Part shown: in pieces, positions 57,708 through 64,000 of the stretch | Layout of the letters: every line of letters begins with the position of its first letter | Numbering within the stretch: the stretch's first letter is position 1 | From: Desulfomonilia bacterium | GTDB taxonomy: Bacteria; Desulfobacterota; Desulfomonilia; UBA1062 | Assembly (NCBI GenBank): GCA_050014195.1 | Contig: JBEKDT010000001.1 | Span: 128,001 to 192,000, forward strand | Direction: 5' to 3' | Length of the DNA: 64,000 bases | Notes under the pieces: generated by a model | The model's input: only the letters and a program-made list of their open reading frames with translations | Told to the model about the DNA's origin: nothing | Database searches by the model: none | Position numbers and translations under genes: made by a program

Positions 57708-57846
57708 ATCCCCGCCAACCTTCTTGACGAATAATGAGATAACACATCCTGCCACATTGCTTATCACAGAGATCTTTGTCCAGATCAAGTACCTCGTGGG
57801 TCGAGGAATTCTGCAGCTAGAACAAGAGGGTTGAACAGCCCTCTTC

Positions 57847-58035
57847 TCATGCCGCCCTGTCATGGAAAAAGCGCATCAGGAACTCCGCATCGGCCGGAGA
57901 AAGGTTAAATTCAAAGATCGCCTTATTCAGAAGCTTCTGCACTGACTGGTTGGGGTTATTATCCAAGCGTTCCGACACCCATTTGATTGCATTCTTTATT
58001 TCTTCTCTTTCATATCTTTCCAAGATCGTTTTCAT
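57847..58035 (-). CDS. Small hypothetical protein (62 aa)
   Basis: AGGAGG RBS; AIKWVS...FNLSP.D.EFL. Confidence 0.7.
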   Translation of the reverse strand: MKTILERYEREEIKNAIKWVSERLDNNPNQSVQKLLNKAIFEFNLSPADAEFLMRFFHDRAA

Positions 58036-58148
58036 AACAATACCTCCTACTCAGTACGTCATTCATTTCCTTGGCTATTATGATGTACATATTTTTGATG
58101 CTCATCTTAAGAAAAGAGATACAACATTGTATGGTAATAATGGATATC

Positions 58149-58904
58149 TTATCCGAGATAGCCGAAGTACCAATCGATGAGATACTGGCCCCAGAACACG
58201 TAGATCAGCGCCCCAAGCGCCAGGAAGGGCCCGAAGGGGATGGCTGCCTTGAGGGTGCCTTTCTTCAGAAGCCCCCATGGGATACCAACCATGGTGCCCA
58301 TGAGCGAGGAGGCAAACACCGTGAAGAGTACTCCCTGCCAGCCTGTGAACACACCGATCATTGCAAGCAGTTTCACATCACCGCCCCCCATGCCTTCCTT
58401 TTTCGTGAGAAAATAATAGCCATAAATGATTGCCAGGAGCAGACCGCCGCCTAAGATGAGGCCGATGAGGGCGTCCTTGTAAGTCACGGGCAGCCAGTAG
58501 ACAACCAGGAGCCCCACCACGATACCGCCAAGCGACAACCTGTCGGGAATGATCTGTATATCGAGATCAATAAAGGTGATGATAAGCAAGACACAAGCCC
58601 AGAGATAATAAATCAGGAAAGTGACGCTCATGCCGAACCGGTACAGCAGGCTCACTGCAAGCAGGGCGCTTAAGAGCTCCACAACCGGATACCGCACCGA
58701 TATGGGCTCGGTACAGTACCTGCATCTGCCTTTGAGGATGAGATAGCTTATGACCGGGATGTTGTCCCAGGGCTTCAGGGCCTTGGTGCATTTTGGACAA
58801 TGCGATGGCGGCCAGACGATGGATTCCCCTTTCTGGATCCTGTAGATACAGACATTGAGGAAACTCCCGATAAAGAGCCCGAAGAGTACTACAATAACGA
58901 CCAT
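58149..58904 (-). CDS. pilD: Prepilin peptidase (A24)
   Basis: GSFLNV, S.CP.C, C..C, ID, GMGGGDVK, PFGPFL. Confidence 0.93.
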   Translation of the reverse strand: MVVIVVLFGLFIGSFLNVCIYRIQKGESIVWPPSHCPKCTKALKPWDNIPVISYLILKGRCRYCTEPISVRYPVVELLSALLAVSLLYRFGMSVTFLIYYLWACVLLIITFIDLDIQIIPDRLSLGGIVVGLLVVYWLPVTYKDALIGLILGGGLLLAIIYGYYFLTKKEGMGGGDVKLLAMIGVFTGWQGVLFTVFASSLMGTMVGIPWGLLKKGTLKAAIPFGPFLALGALIYVFWGQYLIDWYFGYLG

Positions 58905-58905
58905 A

Positions 58906-59331
58906 TCAACCGATCAGCTCACCCCTCCTGAAACGGAGCACCTCACCGTACAGCGTGGAAGAAACCTCAGTCATAATACCTTTGAGCGGGTCGTTATCCG
59001 CCATGAACGATGCGGCGTTATCCACCTTGGACTTCATAGTATCAAGCTGGTCAACCATGGAAGAGATTGTCTTGAGGTCTACATTTGGATCGGAGACGGC
59101 CTTTGAATACGTATCCAAGAGGTCGATGGCCTCCTCGCCGGTGCTTACCGCACTAAGCTTCTGCGGACTGACCGGAACCGTCTGATACTGGGTTCCAACC
59201 GTGCCGGCCTTATTCATAGATCCGGTCTCAAGACCCTTGAGGACATCCTCAAACGCCCCTTTGGGGCTACTTTGCGGTTTGATCTGCTGCCCTGCAACAG
59301 AGCCGATGGTCGTATTCGGATTAATCTTCAT
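58906..59331 (-). CDS. Hypothetical protein
   Basis: GGAGG RBS; coupled to pilD. Confidence 0.7.
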   Translation of the reverse strand: MKINPNTTIGSVAGQQIKPQSSPKGAFEDVLKGLETGSMNKAGTVGTQYQTVPVSPQKLSAVSTGEEAIDLLDTYSKAVSDPNVDLKTISSMVDQLDTMKSKVDNAASFMADNDPLKGIMTEVSSTLYGEVLRFRRGELIG

Positions 59332-59455
59332 ACTCGCCTCCTGCACAAATGCTAGCAAGGAGGGTGCCAGCCCCTCTTTCCTCGGTCTTCACCATGCAGA
59401 CGTAACGTAAATAAGGAACTTTCTTCCACCCCAAAGGGAAAAATGGTCCATGTCT

Positions 59456-60388
59456 TTACGAAGGAGGGACCAGCCTCTGAATGAAAGCCGAGCGTGCCTT
59501 GATGATCTCCTCAATGGGCATCTTGACAAGCTCATGCACATATTGGCGCACAGCCCGGCATACTCCATCAATGACCAGCGATGGGTCATTATGCGCCCCG
59601 CCTGTGGGTTCTTTGACGAGATAGTCCACAATGCCGTAGCTGTAGAGGTCGCGACCGCTTCCCCTGAGCGTCTCGGCAGCCTTCTCCTTTTTGGTAGAGT
59701 CGCCGTAGAAGATGGAAGAGAAACCCTCAGGGCTGATGGCGCTGTAAAAGGCATTCTCGAGCATGATGATCCTGTCACCGAAGCCGAGTGCCAACGCACC
59801 TCCGGAACCCGCTTCACCTATGATGCAGGCCACCACCGGGGTCTTTACGCAGGCTACCATCCGGATGCACTGTGCAATGGAAAAAGCCTGGCCCTTGTCT
59901 TCCGCCTCTGGTGCTGGATAGGCACCGGGTGTGTCTACAAAAGTGATCACCGGCCTTTTGAACTTTTCAGCGAGCTTGAACAGCTTGATGGCCTTATAAT
60001 GACCGGAGGGGCTTGCCATTCCGTAGTGGTAACGGATATAATCCTTCTTCCCCTCTGAGCGCTTCTTGTGCCCGATGACCACCACAGGTATATCATCCAG
60101 AAATGCGAGACCGCCTAAGACGGCAGGGTCATCTTCATACCGGCGATCACCTTTGAGTTCGGTAAAATCACGAAACAGGTGTGCGATGTACTCATCAATG
60201 CCGGGCCGGTCGGAATGACGGGAAAGCTCTACACTACTCCACCGGGAGATTCCCTCGTAGAGGTCCTTTCTGAAGACCTCCACCTTCCGCTCAATCTCGG
60301 CGGTATCGACCCCCTTGAGTCTTGATATGGTCTCCTGAAGCTCCTTGAGGGCATTATCAATATCAATGAACTTCTCTTTGGATTTCAT
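59456..60388 (-). CDS. accA: Acetyl-CoA carboxylase carboxyltransferase alpha subunit
   Basis: EL.GDR..DD, DTPGAYP, GE.GSGGAL, ISPEG, EP.GGAH. Confidence 0.92.
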   Translation of the reverse strand: MKSKEKFIDIDNALKELQETISRLKGVDTAEIERKVEVFRKDLYEGISRWSSVELSRHSDRPGIDEYIAHLFRDFTELKGDRRYEDDPAVLGGLAFLDDIPVVVIGHKKRSEGKKDYIRYHYGMASPSGHYKAIKLFKLAEKFKRPVITFVDTPGAYPAPEAEDKGQAFSIAQCIRMVACVKTPVVACIIGEAGSGGALALGFGDRIIMLENAFYSAISPEGFSSIFYGDSTKKEKAAETLRGSGRDLYSYGIVDYLVKEPTGGAHNDPSLVIDGVCRAVRQYVHELVKMPIEEIIKARSAFIQRLVPPS

Positions 60389-63300
60389 TGGAGTTCCACC
60401 CCCTTTGGCCCCACGATCTCGGAAAGTCTTTGGAGAAAATCCCTCACCGGGGAGACCATGTAATCCTTGCCCGCATCAATATTCACATACGCACCATCGG
60501 TCTCCACCTCAAAACAGATCAAGCACGGACCTTTGCTGGAGATGATCGTCTCTTTGAGGGTTCTTAAGGCCTCACTCCTCAAGGTGTAAGGTACTCGCAC
60601 AATCACACGTTTTGCCAGCACCATATCGGCCCCGTCCAGCGGCATAACCTCTTCGGCGACAAGGTCGAGGGTATGAACGTCGGATTCCGCTCCTCCGTTC
60701 TCCTCTTCACGGTTGATCCTTGCCTTGATGATTACGGGCTCATCCGAGGCGATAAGGGATTGAAACTTGGCGTAACACTGGGGGAAGAAAAGGACCTGGA
60801 CGGAGCCTTCAAGGTCTTCCAGCACTCCTCTTGCCATGGCCTCGCCTTTCTTGGTCCTCGAAACATTCAAAGCGCTTAAGACCCCGGCTAGAAAGACCTG
60901 CGGGGGTGCGTCCTTGAGGCTCAAGGTTGTGGCCGTGGCATACTTGTCGATGAGATCCGCATACTTGTTCAGCGGATGGCCGGAAAGGTAGAATCCCATC
61001 CCATCCTTCTCCATCTTGAGCTTCTCAGCCTCAGGCCAGTCAGGGATGTCGTGCAATACAAGGGGTTTGCTGATATCTTCGGTTGCGAATTCCTCAAGGC
61101 TGAACAAACTGCCCTGGGCATCTTGCTTGTTGCGGGCTAACCGTTGAGCCTGGTCCAGCAGTACATCGAGCATCTCGGACATGGCCCTGCGGTTTTTGTG
61201 CATCTTGTCGAATGAACCGGCCTTGATGAGTGACTCAACCACGCGTCTGTTCACCTTGGACAGTGCGATCCTGTTAAGGAACGATGCAATGTCCTTAAAA
61301 GCCCCCCCTGAGATACGCTCGGCAAGGATCGCCTCCACTGCACCCTTGCCCACGTTCTTTATGGCCCCCAGGCCGAAGCGGATGCCGTCTTTTGTGACCA
61401 CGAACTCGAAGCTGCTCTCGTTGATATCGGGAGGCAATACGGCTACATTGCGCTTCCTGCATTCGGCAATGTGCTGTGAGACCTTGTCCGTGTTGTTCAG
61501 GTCCAGCGTCAGGTTTGCAGCCATAAATTCCTTGAAGTGGTGCGCCTTCAGGTAGGCGGTCTGGTAGGCCACCAGAGCATATGCGGCTGCATGTGACTTA
61601 TTGAACCCATAATCGGCAAACTTCTCCATGAGGTCGAAGATCTCGCCGGCCTTTTCCTTATCCACACCCCTTTCCACCGACCCGTCCATGAAGATCTGGC
61701 GCTGCTTTGCCATCTCTTCGCGTATCTTCTTGCCCATGGCACGCCTTAACAGGTCGGCCTTGCCCAGGGTGTAACCGGCCATCTCCTGTGCGATCTGCAT
61801 GACCTGCTCCTGGTAGACGATGATGCCATAGGTCTCCTTGAGGATCCTTTCCAGCAAAGGATGGGGAAAGTCGATGGCCTGCCTTTCGTGTCTGCGGTCG
61901 ACATAGGAGGGGATGAGGTCCATGGGTCCGGGCCTGTAAAGGGCCACTGCTGCGATGATATCCTCGAACTTGTCAGGCTTGAGCTGTCTGAGCATGCCCT
62001 TCATCCCGGAGCTTTCAAGCTGGAATACGCTGGAGGTATCGCCGTCTCCGATGAGCTGGTAGGTAAGTTTGTCATCCAGGGGTAGTCCTGAGATGTCAAG
62101 GTCAATACCCTCTGAGCGCAGCATCTCAACTGTCTTGGCGATGACCGTGAGCGTCTTCAAGCCCAGCATATCAAACTTGATGAGCCCGACCCGCTCGATG
62201 CGCTTCATGTCGTACTGGCTGATGAGCATGCCCTTCTTGTCGACATATACCGGTACGTGGTCGGTAAGCGGCCTGTCATCCGATATGATGACACCACCCG
62301 CATGCACCGAGGCGTGCCTGCTCAAGCCTTCCAGGGCCTTGGCTATTTCAATGAGCTGATTCACCGAAGGGTCGGTCTCCACGAGCTCCTTCAGGCGCGG
62401 TTCGGCCATTACGGCCTGATCGAGGGTGATATTCAGGTCGTTCGGGATGAGCTTGGCGATCTTGTCGACCTCTGCATAGCCCATTCCCATGGCCCTGCCC
62501 ACATCCCTGATGACAGCCTTTGCCTTCATGTTGCCGAATGTTGTGATCTGGCTCACGAACTCGGCTCCATACCGGTTCTTGACGTATTCGATCACCTCAT
62601 CTCTTCGGTTCTGGCAGAAATCCACATCGATATCGGGCATGCTCCTGCGCTCAGGGTTTAAGAACCGCTCGAATAGAAGGTTCCACCTTATGGGGTCGAT
62701 GTCGGTTATCTTCAGACTGTAGGCCACCAAAGACCCGGCAGCACTTCCTCGGCCGGGGCCTACGGGGATGTCGTGCCCCTTGGCATACTGGATATAATCA
62801 GCAACGATTAAGAAGTAGCCCGCAAACCCCATGGACTTTATGATCTCAAGCTCTTCTGAGAGCCTCCTTGCATAGTCCTCGGGGATATCGTCCCCCATCC
62901 TAGCCTTCAGTCCCTCCCAGGATTTATCCTCGATGACCTGCTCCAGGCTCTTGCCTGTGCCGACGGGATAAACCGGAAAACAATAGACATCTTTGGGGAT
63001 CTCCACATTGCAGAGCCCGGCGATATCGGAGGTGACACCCACTGCCTCAGGTATCCAGCCAAAGTCCCTCACCATCTCATCGGGGCTCTTGAGATAGAGC
63101 TGGTCGCTTTCAAAGGTCATCCGTCCCTTGTCATGGATGGTGTTCTGGGTCTGTATACACAGGAGCACCTCGTGGGCCTTGGCATCCCCGGACTTCAGGT
63201 AGTGGCAATCATTGGTGGCCGCCACAGGGGTTCCGGTACGTTTTCCCAAGTCCACAATAAGCGGATTCACCTTATCCTGGTCGGGCAGGGCATTGTGCTG

Positions 63301-63822
63301 GATCTCAAGATAGAAACGCCCTTCAAAGGTCTTACGATAAAAATCAAGGGCCTCGTGTGCCCTTTCCTCATTGTCCCGGAGCAGCCAGTAGGGGACCTCT
63401 CCCTGGAGACATGCGGAGAGACCGATAAGGCCCTTGCTCAGCTCCGCAAGCACCTTCCTGTCAACCCTGGGCTTGTAGTAGAAGCCCTTGGTATGGGCCA
63501 ACGAGGTGAGCTTCATGAGGTTGCGGTAGCCCTCATTATCCTTGGCAAGGAGGATGAGGTGATAATGTTTTGGCAGCCCGGGGATGACATCTCTGCTCTC
63601 CATGTCTCCCGGGCTGACGTAGATCTCGCAGCCGATAATGGGTTTTATGCCCGCTTTAATGGCCTTGTCGTAAAACTCCAAGGCCCCGTACATGACACCG
63701 TGGTCGGTAATGGCCACTGCATCCTGGCCGAACGCCTTGGTGGCCTTGATAAGGTCGTCGATACGGATGGCCCCGTCCAAAAGACTGTACTGGGTATGGC
63801 AATGGAGATGGACGAAACCCAT
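60385..63822 (-). CDS. dnaE: DNA polymerase III alpha subunit
   Basis: FVHLH.H.QYSLLDG, GRGSAAGS, MPDIDVDF, YGFNKSH; start set at MGFVH. Confidence 0.97.
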   Translation of the reverse strand: MGFVHLHCHTQYSLLDGAIRIDDLIKATKAFGQDAVAITDHGVMYGALEFYDKAIKAGIKPIIGCEIYVSPGDMESRDVIPGLPKHYHLILLAKDNEGYRNLMKLTSLAHTKGFYYKPRVDRKVLAELSKGLIGLSACLQGEVPYWLLRDNEERAHEALDFYRKTFEGRFYLEIQHNALPDQDKVNPLIVDLGKRTGTPVAATNDCHYLKSGDAKAHEVLLCIQTQNTIHDKGRMTFESDQLYLKSPDEMVRDFGWIPEAVGVTSDIAGLCNVEIPKDVYCFPVYPVGTGKSLEQVIEDKSWEGLKARMGDDIPEDYARRLSEELEIIKSMGFAGYFLIVADYIQYAKGHDIPVGPGRGSAAGSLVAYSLKITDIDPIRWNLLFERFLNPERRSMPDIDVDFCQNRRDEVIEYVKNRYGAEFVSQITTFGNMKAKAVIRDVGRAMGMGYAEVDKIAKLIPNDLNITLDQAVMAEPRLKELVETDPSVNQLIEIAKALEGLSRHASVHAGGVIISDDRPLTDHVPVYVDKKGMLISQYDMKRIERVGLIKFDMLGLKTLTVIAKTVEMLRSEGIDLDISGLPLDDKLTYQLIGDGDTSSVFQLESSGMKGMLRQLKPDKFEDIIAAVALYRPGPMDLIPSYVDRRHERQAIDFPHPLLERILKETYGIIVYQEQVMQIAQEMAGYTLGKADLLRRAMGKKIREEMAKQRQIFMDGSVERGVDKEKAGEIFDLMEKFADYGFNKSHAAAYALVAYQTAYLKAHHFKEFMAANLTLDLNNTDKVSQHIAECRKRNVAVLPPDINESSFEFVVTKDGIRFGLGAIKNVGKGAVEAILAERISGGAFKDIASFLNRIALSKVNRRVVESLIKAGSFDKMHKNRRAMSEMLDVLLDQAQRLARNKQDAQGSLFSLEEFATEDISKPLVLHDIPDWPEAEKLKMEKDGMGFYLSGHPLNKYADLIDKYATATTLSLKDAPPQVFLAGVLSALNVSRTKKGEAMARGVLEDLEGSVQVLFFPQCYAKFQSLIASDEPVIIKARINREEENGGAESDVHTLDLVAEEVMPLDGADMVLAKRVIVRVPYTLRSEALRTLKETIISSKGPCLICFEVETDGAYVNIDAGKDYMVSPVRDFLQRLSEIVGPKGVELQ

Positions 63823-63830
63823 CTTAATTC

Positions 63831-64000
<170 letters not shown>

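Overview
Bacterial chromosome segment; the gene complement (ispE-spoVG-tRNA-Gln-prs, dnaE-accA, HDOD/REC clusters) suggests a Deltaproteobacteria-like anaerobe (inference). Four parts: (1) 1-12431, right end of a defence island: partial Ser/Thr kinase, a type I R-M operon with four genes inserted between hsdS and hsdR (DUF3800-like, a 166-aa ORF followed by a structured candidate ncRNA, a PD-(D/E)XK nuclease, a GmrSD-like DUF262-DUF1524 protein), ending in a stack of tRNA/tmRNA 3' fragments interleaved with 11-bp tandem arm-like repeats. (2) 12627-21180, C1 peptidase, an intact carB with substituted catalytic residues, gap, GAF protein, M48 peptidase and a ferritin-like gene, with CACGAAG-type repeats on either side of the carB-ferritin block. 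(3) 21479-37547, a 22-cassette integron array with an attI-like site and candidate Pc but no intI in the window (nucleases, two TA pairs, rsgA, fosX). (4) 37607-64000, housekeeping and signalling genes. All calls are by eye and motif recognition; no database searches were run.
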